Of a stretch of 64,000 bases of DNA, positions 1 to 12,866 are shown one piece after another. Every line of letters begins with the position of its first letter. Position 1 is the stretch's first letter. The translations under genes and the position numbers were made by a program. This stretch comes from Antedon mediterranea (taxonomy: Eukaryota > Animalia > Echinodermata). The DNA lies in contig NC_092676.1 of NCBI RefSeq assembly GCF_964355755.1, forward strand, positions 93,588-157,587. The letters run 5' to 3'. The notes beneath the pieces were generated by a model, which was given only the letters and a program-made list of their open reading frames with translations, was not told the origin of the DNA and ran no database searches.

Positions 1-1981
1 AGAAACTATATCTACAGTACACAATGGAAGTATAACTCCATGACCTACACCAAACAGTAGTGTAGGCCTAGTATACAAACATAAATAATTCATCAATGCT
101 TGTAATATTAATATGCAGCAATACATTTAATAACATTTTCATTATTGTTGTAGGAAGGTACAAATTATGCTATATTAAAAATTCTAGAGAACATGTTAAT
201 GTACATCCCTAATTTGCTAATACCTCAATCTACAAACTTACCATGTTTACAGTCAGATTTGTAGAAAAGAAAAATGATGATGATGATTTGATGAGAAATA
301 AGAAGAGAGTGTAGGCCTACAGCAGCAGCACAAGGTACAAGTTCACCCCTAGACAGCTCTTTGGACTATCTCATTCCGTCTTAAGGGAGGTTGATTTTAA
401 CACCATTTTACACAACTGTAAATCTAATCAACAAGAATGCTAACCATTTTTGATTGGTCAGATCAGCATACTGTATATGTTATATCTGTGAATAGGACTT
501 AATTGATAATTGTTTTTTAATGAATGCTTGAAGTTGAACTTACATAAAATCAATTTTTCTTTGAATATGTAATATGATCTTGTACTTGTACCACCAAGCA
601 CAGAAGTGATGCCAATCAAAATGTGCCCTATTCTCTGTGTTGCTATGACAATAATACACACAGTGCAGAAGTGTTGTTTGAACAACCCCCTGTACTTCTA
701 AGTTTTTGTCAAGATATTTTTGTCAATTTCATCCATGCATTTAAAGACAATTTTTACAGCTTAATTCACACAATGCAGTAGCAATTAAACAGCCCTAATA
801 AAACAGTGGTATAGACTACTTTAAGAGATTTCCAGGGAACGCTTTAAAATAATATAATCTACTGTAATTATAATCGAATATAATTTTACAACTGTACTGT
901 ATCTTGACAGTGACTGGTAGGCCTATTATAAACTACTTGGCCTACTTTTATTTATGTTTTAAAGAGTATACTATAATTTTACAAATATACCTTGATAGGC
1001 ACTTAATTGTCTATACTAGAGGGAGTATATACTATAATTTTACGACTCCCTGGATATTCTTATAAACTAATATTAATAATATATTATTTTAAATTCATTG
1101 CAACATTTAGTATTATTTTTCATAGATTAAAGTCTTTGACTGTTTTGACTTTCTTAACAAGTTTATCAATATTATATCATATTATTAAATTGAATAATTA
1201 ATTTAGAAATCTACCATGAAGCACTAGTGATTGATAATGATCACTCAAGCATATAACACCAAATTTGATCTCGTAAATCAATCGATTTAAATCACATTAT
1301 TTGATGCAATTATGTTTAATGGGATTGGCATGGGATTGGCCCTTGGGCAATCCAATGCCAGCAAGCAATTGGATATGAGTGTTAATTATACTGTACATAT
1401 ACATGTCTTATAATTATAAGAACTTTTTCACAAATCTCTCTTATTTCATTACACTGTGCTTTTTAAAACTTCAAAATGATATGTGTATTTTGCCTATAGC
1501 TGTCACCAAATGGTCGGATAGATAATGAACCATACATAAGTTATATACTATTACTATAGCCATGCTTTTGCCTGGCCTGCTTGCTACCCATCTTGGAGGA
1601 AAATAATTTTATACCTCCATGGCTGCTTGAAAAGATTAATATAATACTGCTAAAAGTAGTGAAAATGAAGTTAAAAACGATAGCAATAACATAATCAATA
1701 TATATTACTGACCATTGCTGTTGGATCTTGAAAGAAAAGCTTGTGGTTTAAATTGAAGTTTCGCGCGAATTCAGGACACCTGCTCAGAGTGTGTGTGTGT
1801 GTCGACGAGCATTGCAAAGATAAGACTGTCGTGTCGTCCATTGAGTATTTAAAAAATGTGTTTACCGCCCTCATGCGGTAGGGAAGGGGATATAGTCTCT
1901 TTCACTCGACTCTCTCTAGACTAGACTTATGGCATGGTTTGGTAAAAAAGCAAAGAGTAAAATAAAATAAAGAGAATAAGG

Positions 1982-2677
1982 ATGGCTAGACATTTGAAGT
2001 TTGTAGCAAGGACAGTATTTGTACAAAATGGAGAGGTTGATGCTGCATACCGAACTCTAAATAGGTAGGTCTAATCTAGGCCTACTATACTGTCTGTATG
2101 TAGTTCGGTCGTCGCCGCCAAGGGCTGGTGGTGCTGGCTATCTTCAAATACAGAGTAGACTAGGCCTAGCAATATTTGTATGGATCGTGCACTGGTTGTC
2201 TAATACAAAATAATTCCCAATGTATTACAATAAACCCTATCCGAGTTTTTGTGGGTTTACCAACAAACATAATAAACTGTAGGCCTAGCTAGTAACATCA
2301 TCATCTCAGTCAGTTTTTTAATTAAGTGTCTTCGCTGATGGTGTACATTATTATCAACACAACAGTGTCTTATTATTATTATATCGTTACCACTTGACCA
2401 CATAAAATAATGTATAATGATCAATTCAGTTTCATAGTTTACATTTTGTGAAATTATTAGGTGTATATGAAACTAATATTTTATTATTTAATCTTTCAGT
2501 ATCCTCTTCAGAGATGGTATAATTGACACAGTGAAACGAGGTCGGTATTATGAAAAACCGTGCCAGAAACGACGTCGACTTCAGTATGAAAATGTTAAAA
2601 GAATTTACAATCAAGAAATGACTCGAAAAGTAAACTTTATTATGAAGAAAAATAGAACTGATCCTTGGCCTATATAA
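1982..2677 (+). CDS. MRPS21: Mitochondrial ribosomal protein S21 (2 coding exons: 1982-2064, 2500-2677)
   Basis: Spliced translation [86 protein letters not shown] closely resembles metazoan MRPS21 (HLKF.ARTV, RYYEKP, NR.DPW). The GT-AG phase-2 intron joins in frame. Missed by the ORF track. Confidence 0.95.
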
Positions 2678-2845
2678 AGAATTCATAAAAAATGTATTAC
2701 AACAGAAAAGTTGGTTTAATTCACAAGATGTTATAAGTGGAGTGTTGGACCAGAAAACAACTTGGTGTGATTGAAGTTAAACCAAGTAGATTATTGAAAA
2801 GAACTGATGTAATGAACTATTGAAAAAACACAAGATTACAACAAA

Positions 2846-3046
2846 AATCAATTAAATAAACCAAATGATGTACTGTACTCTGTAGTGTTTATTGTGATAA
2901 ATATCGCAATCAATTAAATAAACCAAATGATGTACTGTACTCTGTAGTGTTTATTGTGATAAATATCGCAATCAATTAAATAAACCAAATGATGTACTGT
3001 ACTCTGTAGTGTTTATTGTGATAAATATCGCAAACAATTAAATAAA
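2846..3046. repeat. 62-bp tandem repeat (~3.2 copies) carrying AATAAA on both strands
   Basis: caattaaataaaccaaatgatgtactgtactctgtagtgtttattgtgataaatatcgc starts at 2849, 2911, 2973, with a partial copy at 3035. Confidence 0.9.
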
Positions 3047-3307
3047 GTAACTGTACCATAAAATATTTCAAACAAATATGAAAATAAATTTGTTACAGTT
3101 TGAAAATGTCTTTCTTGCCAGTTACTGTACACAGCTGTTACATAAGCAACAATTAATATAATATTACTGTATTTAATATATGAACCAATTTGTTCAATGA
3201 AAAAAAATAAATTAGTAACGGTGTACAAAATGCCTATTTCAAATTTCTCCTCTTGCACGTGACTATACTTTTGGGAAATATGTACAAATAAAATACTGTG
3301 AGTGCAA

Positions 3308-3830
3308 TATTATACAGTAGTTGCATTATACAGTATAACACAGTAGTTACATTATACAGTATAACACAGTAGTTGCATTATACAGTATATAACACAGTAG
3401 TTGCATTATACAGTATATAACACAGTAGTTGCATTATACAGTATATAACAAAGTAGTTGCATTATACAGTATATAACAAAGTAGTTGCATTATACAGTAT
3501 AACACAGTAGTTGCATTATACAGTATAACACAGTAGTTGCATTATACAGTATAACACAGTAGTTGCATTATACAGTATAACACAGTAGTTACATTATACA
3601 GTATAACACAGTAGTTGCATTATACAGTATAACACAGTAGTTGCATTATACAGTATAACACAGTAGTTACATTATACAGTATAACACAGTAGTTACATTA
3701 TACAGTAACACAGTAGTTACATTATACAGTAACACAGTAGTTACATTATACAGTATAACACAGTAGTTACATTATACAGTATAACACAGTAGTTACATTA
3801 TACAGTATAACACAGTAGTTACATTATACA
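3308..3830. repeat. ~26-bp minisatellite (~20 copies) just downstream of the MFSD5 stop
   Basis: Unit acagtagtt(g/a)cattatacagtataac repeated with small indels. Confidence 0.95.
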
Positions 3831-3856
3831 TTTTAAAAATAAAAGTATAACAGGAT

Positions 3857-5194
3857 TTACACACTATTTTCTAATTGCTTTTTTCCTTCATCATTATCAT
3901 CTTTATACAAACTTGAAAATTTAAAACCACAAGCAAGCGCAAAAATGAGAAGAATTGAGCACATAATGAAAATATGCCGAGTGCCCTTTCTCCATCCTTC
4001 ATCATGTAATATCATTAACCCTATACAAGCAAGCATATTGAGTGGTACACGAAACCAGTTCATTATAGATACTTTATGAGCTTCTGGAAGGATTTCATTT
4101 CTTAAGTAACCCATTGATGGAAAATACAATCCACAAGCAATTTCAAGCATTAAGAATGCCAGGAATGAGACTTTTGGCTGTTCAGAATTAGATTTTGTTG
4201 ACCCAATGCAAATTACAGTTGAAATAAGAGCTATTATAATAGCACCATTTAAAATATGTAAAGGTTTTACAGAATTAAAAGTCATAATATTATACATAAA
4301 AGACCCAATCATAATACAAATCATAAAATTTGAGAAGACAACCCCAAGAGGTGGATGGTAATCTAAATCAAGAACAGGTGTCCAGATGAAAACAAAGATG
4401 TACATAACACTTTCAAAGAGTGACTGCATCGCACCAATTAGGAGCATTCTGCGACTGTTTACAATGTGCCGCAATCCCTCAATGCAAGACTTTTTCAACT
4501 GCATTTTTTTGTTTCCATAATTTTCTTGCCATTTTTGAGAAACGATTAAACCAGAAGCAGCCAGTAATGGTATGGCAAGAATAAATGGAGACACTGGACC
4601 TAGTTTAAGAAAACCAGCTAATAAGTTAGAAACCAGTCCAGCAATTACAGCAAGTATGCCATTCCAAAATGTGGCTTTTGAAAAAGTTACTGGCAGCCAT
4701 TCTGTAGGAAAGTCATGTGACTCAATATGTTGATGTACATACCAAGACTCAAAAGCTGTAAATAATAAAGAAGTTGACATTCCTCCAAGAATACGTCCAA
4801 CAATTAAAACTCCATAGCTTCTTGACAACTTTGTCAAACATGAAATTGAATATACAACTGTGAAGGTAATACAGAGTTTTTTTCTCCCAAATCTATCAGC
4901 TAGTACAGTAGTAGATGTACCAAAGATTACACTGGCAGCAAATCCACAAACATAAAGAATTGCAATCTGTGACTCTAAGAATCCATAATGGCTATACAGT
5001 TTGTATAAGTATGGACCTTGCAACCAATCAGCAGCCAAAGCTAAAAAGTATGGCAGAAAGTAGGCATGCTGAAATTGAACAAAGTTTGGATTATTTCCTA
5101 CTTGTTCCTCTTTTTTACTTTTCTTTATAAATATATTAAGGCTGAAAGCTGTAGCACTCAAGCCCAAAAAGGTTAGGTACACTAATGCAATCAT
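3857..5194 (-). CDS. MFSD5: MFS molybdate-anion transporter MFSD5 (single coding exon)
   Basis: 445-aa multi-TM ORF with MFSD5/MOT2 motifs ADWLQGPYLYKLY, LADRFGRKK, STSLLFTAFESWY, QSLFESVMYIFVFIWTP, MNWFRVPLN. Confidence 0.95.
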   Translation of the reverse strand: MIALVYLTFLGLSATAFSLNIFIKKSKKEEQVGNNPNFVQFQHAYFLPYFLALAADWLQGPYLYKLYSHYGFLESQIAILYVCGFAASVIFGTSTTVLADRFGRKKLCITFTVVYSISCLTKLSRSYGVLIVGRILGGMSTSLLFTAFESWYVHQHIESHDFPTEWLPVTFSKATFWNGILAVIAGLVSNLLAGFLKLGPVSPFILAIPLLAASGLIVSQKWQENYGNKKMQLKKSCIEGLRHIVNSRRMLLIGAMQSLFESVMYIFVFIWTPVLDLDYHPPLGVVFSNFMICIMIGSFMYNIMTFNSVKPLHILNGAIIIALISTVICIGSTKSNSEQPKVSFLAFLMLEIACGLYFPSMGYLRNEILPEAHKVSIMNWFRVPLNMLACIGLMILHDEGWRKGTRHIFIMCSILLIFALACGFKFSSLYKDDNDEGKKQLENSV

Positions 5195-5411
5195 TGTAGT
5201 AAATCTTCTTCTGGTCTTTATTCATTTAAATGGGACAGTACCAATACAGTATTTATCAAAGTGAACACTTTCAAGTTCATTATTTCCTGAAAGATATAAA
5301 GCAAAACTAATTATATTCAGTGATTATTATTATGATTATATACGTCATGGTAAATATTATACTTCGTCTTTTTGTAACTTTAGACTTAGCATGGTTATAA
5401 CGGACTGGTAG

Positions 5412-6894
5412 TTATTAATTAGGTTATATGCATTATCATGCATATAACCTCTTGATTCTGTCAAAATCTTTATTTATTTATTTATTCTTTCCTTAGCACT
5501 ATTTTGTCCGTGAATTATCTTGATATCAGTTTCATCTATCTAAGTCAATTTTTCAGAGTATATTCCTTATGGCCAGGAATCGATGTGGTTATATTTTCAC
5601 GATGCGTAATCAAAAATTACGCGGTCTACGCGCGATTTTACGAAATCACGTTTGTAATCATATCTTCACAAGCATGAATCACAATTAAACAAAATTTGGT
5701 ACTCATAAATTTCAGGTCATATTTCATCATATGGCAATACAATTACGTGCGTAGCGCATATAACGCTTGCGTACGCGCGCTTAAAATGTTCAAAATTGTC
5801 AAAATTTATTTTCGATGAAATTAGAGTACGTTTCAGGCAATTTTAAGCGTTTAAAAAATTGCCATGAGTGCGCAGATTTTTGCACGCGCACTGCGCGTTA
5901 TACGTTAATGCGCACTCTTTTTGTCCGATTTCGGTTGTACAACCTTTCTTTAATAATATCATCATATTTTATTCACTTTTCAACGCGTAATTGCCTTATA
6001 CGAGCACGTCAAAAGTGACAGGCTACGCACGTGTAAGTTAACAAAATGGTGAAAATATGCTAAATTTTAAAATTAATATAGATCGTCAGAATGCTCGGGA
6101 ACACATATTTTTTATTTAATTTTCTTGAAGTGTATGTATCTTATGTATGATTTATTATTAAACTAAGGGAACAAAAGTTGATGAAGCCATAATTAATTGC
6201 ATATTAAATTTAAAAAAATTCATTTCGACAATCAAACAAATTATGACATTTTCTTAGGCCAAAATAACAAACTTAACATTAACTTTCTTCCTTCAAAAGT
6301 TCATATATTAAAGTTAAAAGTATATAGTTTGACAGTGCATCATTTTTGTACATTTTTAGAGATGTCATCATAGTAAAAAATTATAATTCATTGCGGTATG
6401 TAATAATCTATCTGCACCAAAGTGGTTACTGCATAGTAAATACACGGAGGAATTTTTCTACAATTTTTAGTCAGTTGTGTATGGCTCGGTGGTGTGTGCT
6501 CGTGTCTATGGCACTCAAGGTACCGAGATCGAGTCTCACCTTGGGAAACGAAATACATTTTTTTTTTTATTATCCGTATTGTTTGTTCAAATTTATTTCT
6601 TAGTGTATATATTATACACATGATTTATAATGAAATCTAGATAAAAAATAACTTATGTCTTTATTATTATGTAACAGCAAATGTGGTTTATGACATTATA
6701 CGCAGAGGGATCTTTGATCGGATTGTGATACCGGCTATTGTATTCGTGTTAGCAAGGTCCTATCATATATTATATATTATTTAAAGAATCTGAGAAAATC
6801 AATGAATCAAAATATCTTTTAAAAATAAATTATCTTTATTTTAATTATCAATGCATATAACCTATAATTCGTCATAGTGACGAATTAAATCTAG
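5412..6894 (+). mobile_element. Non-autonomous Helentron/Helitron2-like (HINE/DINE-type) element
   Basis: 5' subterminal AGGTTATATGCAT (5421) with an adjacent inverted copy (5438-5450); 3' inverted copy ATGCATATAACCT (6851-6863), then hairpin AATTCGTCA-TAG-TGACGAATT and CTAG|T end. No TSD. Confidence 0.7.
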
Positions 6895-6980
6895 TTAGTT
6901 TATTTATTTAGTTGTAAGTCTAGCAACTCCATGTCTAGAGATAGAGAGAGCTGAGCTAGGCTAGGCCTATTTAATAATTA

Positions 6981-7753
6981 CGCCGTGGTTAGGATTCCGG
7001 CACCGGAACTCAACTGCCCACTGTTAGGGAATCCGACACGCTATTGCGCATGCCCAGAGCTCTGGGAAGTGAATTATAGCTTGCACTTTTTAGTGCCACA
7101 CACACCACCGAGAGTCGGAGTGTTAAATAGGGATTTACCATCTCCCTGGATTTACTGTAGCCCTAGATAGTCGTTGCACGGGGGGACCGGGAGCGAGTGA
7201 TGGATGAAACTTGGCCTATGCTATACATGAATTAATAATTAAAATACGACTACGCCACGCGTTAAAATAATTATAATGATATTAATAAGAATCAGTATCT
7301 ATCTAAGAATCGTAATGCTGTTTTTAGCGTTGCGACCCTGACTTCCCGAACAGTTTTTTGACATCCACGCGGTGGCTGCCGTCAACAAATCAACTTGTGA
7401 TTGCATGTTGTTATGTACAGTAAAATGCGTTATGAAAAATCATAAAACTAGTCATGTAATTATATAATTCATAATGATATGAAGTTTATATATGAATGAA
7501 GCAACCACTTTTTAATTACAAAATAAATAGGCACGTCTAACTGGTAGTCCTAGCCTAGATTAGTGGATCCCGCGTATTATAGTATTAGTAGGCACCTAGG
7601 CTAGCGCTCGCCGTGTGGCGCAGCTATGAAATGATCCATCGCTGTTGATAAGTATAGAGTCGCCAATTACCTCGCTCTGGGCATGCGCAATAGCGTGTCG
7701 GATTCCCTAACGCTGGGCAGTTGAGTTCCGGTGCCGGAATCCTAACCACGGCG
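6981..7753. mobile_element. MITE with ~80-bp terminal inverted repeats
   Basis: CGCCGTGGTTAGGATTCCGGCACCGGAACTCAACTGCCCA...GCGCATGCCCAGAGC and its reverse complement at 7674-7753. Flanked by TA (alternatively TAC ends with ATAAT duplication). No ORF. Confidence 0.85.
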
Positions 7754-7951
7754 TAATAATTATTACCATGATATAGACCTAGCCTAGCCTAGTTTATACA
7801 GTAATTTATATAAACCACCATCAACAAGGCCCAGCCAGCTAGGCCTAGGCCTAGCCTAGCTGTACAGAAATGGACAGTGTCTTATTTAGCCAGAATGATG
7901 AGGCAGAGAAAGTGTAAAAATGTATACAGTTGACCACCTTTTTAAACTTAC

Positions 7952-8040
7952 CAAGTTTTAGTTTTTAGGCAATTGCTAGCGAAATTAGCGAAATTAGGCC
8001 TAAAAACTGACAGAGAGTCCAACAAGACAACAAGCGCCAC
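7952..8040 (-). other. Putative non-coding first exon of MFSD5 (5'UTR intron ~5287-7951)
   Basis: Minus-strand donor TTG|GTAAGT at 7951 and pyrimidine-rich acceptor TATCTTTCAG| at 5287, ~90 nt upstream of the ATG. The pairing of the two sites is inferred. Confidence 0.5.
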
Positions 8041-8088
8041 CAAGAGTTAGTATGAGATATTTGTTGTGGTGGTTTTACACCACACTGT

Positions 8089-11000
8089 GAGGTATATTCA
8101 GAGCGTCATTTCGACGATCGAGCATTCTCTACTTCTACGGAGCGCCATTTATGCCTTTATTTACTTACGAAATAGAAATAGTACTACGGTAGCTGCTCCA
8201 GTGGACCAAATTTAGCACTAGTGGAGCGCAGTGATATAAAATAGAAATAATTCACTAATTTTAATATTCTTTTCGTATGTTAATACACTGTGCTCAAGTG
8301 GACACAATTTGGCGCCAGTGAGGAGCACAGTGATATAAAATAGAAATAAGTCACTGAATTTTAATATCTTTTCGTATGTTAATACACTGTGCTCAAGTGG
8401 ACCCAATTTGGAGCCAGGGGAGCACAGTGATATAAAATAGAAATAAGTCACGGAATTTTATTATCTTTTCGTATGTTAATACACTGTGCTCAAGAAGTGG
8501 ACCCAATATGGAGCCAGTGGAGCACAGTGATATAAAATAGAAATAAGTCACTGAATTTTAATATCTTTTCGTATGTTAATACCCTGTGCTCAAGTGGACC
8601 CAACCCAATTTGGAGCTAGGGGAGCACAGTGATATAAAATAGAAATAAGTCACTGAATTTTAATATCTTATCGTATGTGAATACACTGTGCTCAAGTGGA
8701 CCCAATTTGGAGCCAGTGGAGCACAGTGATATAAAATAGAAATAAGTCACTAAATGTTAATATCTTTTCGTATGTTAATACACTGTGCTCAAGTGGACCC
8801 AATTTGGAGCCAGTGGAGCACAGTGATATAAAATAGAAAAAAGTCACTGAATTTTAATATCTTTTCGTTTGTTAATACACTGTGTGCTCAAGTGGACCCA
8901 ATTTGGCGCCAGGAGAGCACAGTGATATAAAATAGAAATAAGTCATTGAATGTTAATATATTTTTGTATGTTAATACACTGTGCTCAAGTGGACCCAATT
9001 TGGCGCCAGTGGACCACAGTGATATAAAATTGAAAAAGTCACAGAATTTTAATATCTTTTCGTATGTTAATATACACTATGCTCAAGTGGACCCGATTTG
9101 GAGCCAGGGGAGCACTGTATAAAATAGAAATAAGTCACTGAATTTTAATATCTTTTCGTATGTTAATACACTGTGCTTACGTGGACCCAATTTGGCACGC
9201 GCGCCAGTGAGCACAGTAATATAAAATAGAAAAAAGTCACTACATTTTAATATCTTTTCGTATGTTAATACACTGTGCTCAAGTGGACCCAATTTGGCAC
9301 CAATGGGAGCACAGGGAAATAGTCACATACAAAAACATCGAGAAAAAATACTTCTGGAATTAAAAAATATTTCAAACTTGGTATATATGTTCAATATCGG
9401 TTACTCCATCCGTAAACCAAAAGAAAAAATAGTTTCAAGCCACATCAGTGATTTTAATAACTTGCATTCGCTTAAGATAATACCTATGAAAAAACATACA
9501 ATTCCGACACATATTATGTTAAACTCTAATAATGATTTTGACAACAAAAAAACCGGTTAGGAATTCGATTTTTTCCCTGTAAATTGAGCAACTTAAATAA
9601 AAAATATACCAAGAAATATATATTGAAATCAAGGAGTATTTTTTTTTTACAAAAGAAATGTTCGTATGTTAATACACTGTGCTCCAGTGGATCCAATTTG
9701 GCGACAGTGGAGCACAGGGAAATAGTCACATACAAAAACTTCTAGAAAAAATATTTATAGAATTTAAAAATATTTCAAACTTGGTATATAAGTTCAATAT
9801 CGGTTACTCCATCCGTAATGCAAAAGAAAAATTAGTTTCAAGCCACATTAGTGATTTTAATAACTTGCGTTTGTCTAAGATAAATACTTATGAAAGAACA
9901 TACAATTCCAACACATTTTTTTAAACTTTAGCGATTAAAAAAAAGACATATGTTAAAAATATGAATTATGTAGTAACATATTGAACGTGTAGTAACCTAT
10001 TGAACGTATACTACCAGATTTCAAATGTGTGGACAATTATTTTATGACGATCAAAATTTAAAGTTTAAAAAATGTGTTGGAATTCTATGTTCTATCATAA
10101 ATATACATTTTAAACGAACGAAAATTACTAAAATCACTGATATGGCTTGAAACTAATTTTTCTTTTGCATTACGGATGGAGTAACCGATATTGAACTTAT
10201 ATACCAAGTTTGAAATATTTTTGAAATCCAGAAGTATTTTTTCTTGATGTTTTTGTATGTGACTATTTCCCTGTGCTCCACTGGCGCCAAATTGGATCCA
10301 CTGGAGCACAGTGCATTAACATACGAACATTTCTTTTGTAAAAAAAAAATACTCCTTAATTTCAATATATATTTCTTGGTATATATTTTATTTAAGTTGC
10401 TCAATTTACAGGGAAAAAATTGAATTCCTAACCGGTTTTTTTTTTGTAAAAATCATTATTAGAGTTTAACATATGTGTCGGAATTGTATGTTTTTTCGTA
10501 AGTATTATCTTAAGCAAATGCAAGTTATTAAAATCACTGATGTGGCTTGAAACTATTTTTTCTTTTGGTTTACGGATGGAGTAACCGATATTGAACAAAT
10601 ATACCATGTTTGAAATATTTTTAAATTCCAGAAGTATTTTTTCTCGATGTTTTTGTATGTGACTATTTCCCTGTGCTTCCATTGGTGCCAAATTGGGTCC
10701 ACTTAAGCACAGTGTATTAAAATACGAAAACATATTATAATTTAGTGACTGTTTTCTATTTTATATCACTGTGTGCTCACGGGCGCGCGCGCCAAATTGG
10801 GTCCACGTGAGCACAGTGTATTAACATACGAAAAGATATTAAAATTCAGTGACTTATTTCTATTTTATATCACTGTGCTCCACTGGCGCCAAATTAGGTC
10901 CACTTGAGCACAGTGTATTAACATACGAAAAGATATTAACATTCAGTGACTTATTTCTATTTTATATCACTGTGCTCCACTGGCTCCAAATTGGGTCCAC

Positions 11001-11988
11001 TTGAGCACAGTGTATTAACATACGAAAAGATATTAAAATTCAGTGACTTTTTTCTATTTATATCACTGTGCTCCACTGGCTCCAAATTGGGTCCACTTGA
11101 GCACAGTGTATTAACATACGAAAAGATATTAAAATTCAGTGACTTTTTTCTATTTTATATCACTGTGCTCCACTGGCTCCAAATTGGGTCCACTTGAGCA
11201 CAGTGTATTAACATACGAAAAGATATTAAAATTCAGTGACTTTTTTCTATTTTATATCACTGTGCTCCCCTGGCTCCAAATTGGGTCCACTTGAGCACAG
11301 TGTATTAACATACGAAAAGATATTCAAATTCAGTGACTTTTTTCTATTTTATATCACTGTGCTCCCCTGCCTCCAAATTGGGTCCACTTGAGCACAGTGT
11401 ATTAACATACGAAAAGATATTAAAATTCAGTGACTTATATCACTCTTCCTGTGCTCCCCTGGCTCCAAATTGGGTCCACTTGAGCACAGTGTATTAACAT
11501 ACGAAAAGATACTAAAAATCATTGACTTATTTCTATTTTATATCACTGTGCTCTCCTGGCTCCAAATTGGGTCCACTTGAGCAAAGTGTATTAACATATG
11601 AAAAGATATTAAAATTCAGTGATTTATTTCTATTTTATATTATTGTGCTCCCCTGGCTCCAAATTGGGTCCACTTGAGCACAGTGTTATTAACATACGAA
11701 ATACTAATATTAAAATTCAGTGACTTATTTCTATTTTATATCACTACTGTGCTCCTTACTGGCGCCAAATTGTGTCCACTTGAGCACAGTGTATTTACAT
11801 ACGAAAAGATATTAAAATTAGTGACTTATTTCTATTTTATATCACTGTGCTCCACCGGTGCTAAATTTGGTCAACTGGAGCAGTTACCGTTAGTACTATT
11901 TCTAATTCGGAAGTAAATAAAGGCATAAATGGCGCTCCGTAGAAGTAGAGAATGCTCGATCGTCGAAATGACGCTCTGAATATACCTC
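8089..11988. mobile_element. Foldback (FB/TU-like) element: two ~1.9-kb inverted arms around a ~130-bp spacer
   Basis: Starts GAGGTATATTCAGAGCGTCATTTCG and ends CGAAATGACGCTCTGAATATACCTC. Each arm has a ~110-bp terminal block, 11-12 x 97-bp units and ~400-bp inner units. Spacer ~9931-10058. Near-duplicated flank acactgt/ccactgt. Confidence 0.9.
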
Positions 11989-12295
11989 CCACTGTGAGCA
12001 GCATGTGTGACGTATACGTGTGTTCACGTCACGACGATGGCCCATGGGTTTTTGTCACATGATATAGATGGATTGATATAAATCGTCTAAATTTAATTTA
12101 CCGCTATTTAAAAATTACTTATTAATAATATTGTAATACAAATTAGGAATATTATTAATAAATGTTTACAATTATATTTTAAATAAGCACGGTTTTTTTG
12201 GTGTAAACATTTATCTTTTTCTAGTTTTTTAACCAAAGATCGTATAGCGCCACCTATAGTACTTTGGTTTTGACCTATGACCGACCTTTAAGATT

Positions 12296-12317
12296 TTTCC
12301 CTTTTAGCCGTGAGAAG
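12296..12317 (+). promoter_or_regulatory. RPL15 TCT/5'TOP start site and short non-coding exon 1
   Basis: Pyrimidine tract TTTTTCCCTTTT followed by AGCCGTGAGAAG|GTAAAA donor, typical of ribosomal protein genes. Acceptor ACACAG| at 12946 lies just before the ATG. Confidence 0.65.
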
Positions 12318-12765
12318 GTAAAAAAGGCTTTCTTTCAATCTGAATTAAATCACACTTATTAAAACAACATCTTCCTGTTTTATTCATTTTTATTAAAAAT
12401 GAGAATGTTGGATATTGTATTTTGTTAATAATAAATACAGTATTTACCTTTAATCGTTATTTTTAAATAATTCATAGGCGAAGGCCTGGGAATAAAAAAC
12501 CGACATACCTAACGTCCTAATTCCTAGTACAGTAGTAGTAGAGGCCTACCCAGCTGGTGTGGTGGTACTTGCCTGTCTAGGCTAGAGTAGGCCTAGCTAG
12601 ATATTTTAGGTTAGTTGACATACTATATATTAATAGAGATTATGATATTGTCATTGGGTGCTATTGTACTTGCTGTAACTTACCTTACAGACCTCAAGCT
12701 CGAGAGCTTACACTAGCAGGCAGGCCAGAGTATGTTAAAATATTCACGCAATGGCGAGTGACAGT

Positions 12766-12866
12766 GATTAATGACGAATGTATTATATTACTTTGCCTAT
12801 CGACCGGCGATTTCAAGTTTAGTGCAAAAGACAATATTAAGTGGGTAAATAATCCTGGGCTGAATC
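12766..12866 (+). ncRNA. Candidate intronic box C/D snoRNA in RPL15 intron 1
   Basis: C box ATGACGA (12771), D box CTGA (12860), short terminal stem GAT/ATC and an internal hairpin. Ends ~80 nt upstream of the 3' splice site; the host is a ribosomal protein gene. Confidence 0.5.

Noticed and set aside
458-780. Short open frames at the window start
   Set aside because: No motif or splice support; likely UTR or intergenic.
8218-11916. Repeated short ORFs (PLEHSVLTYEKILK...)
   Set aside because: Translations of the 97-bp foldback subunits; no transposase motifs.
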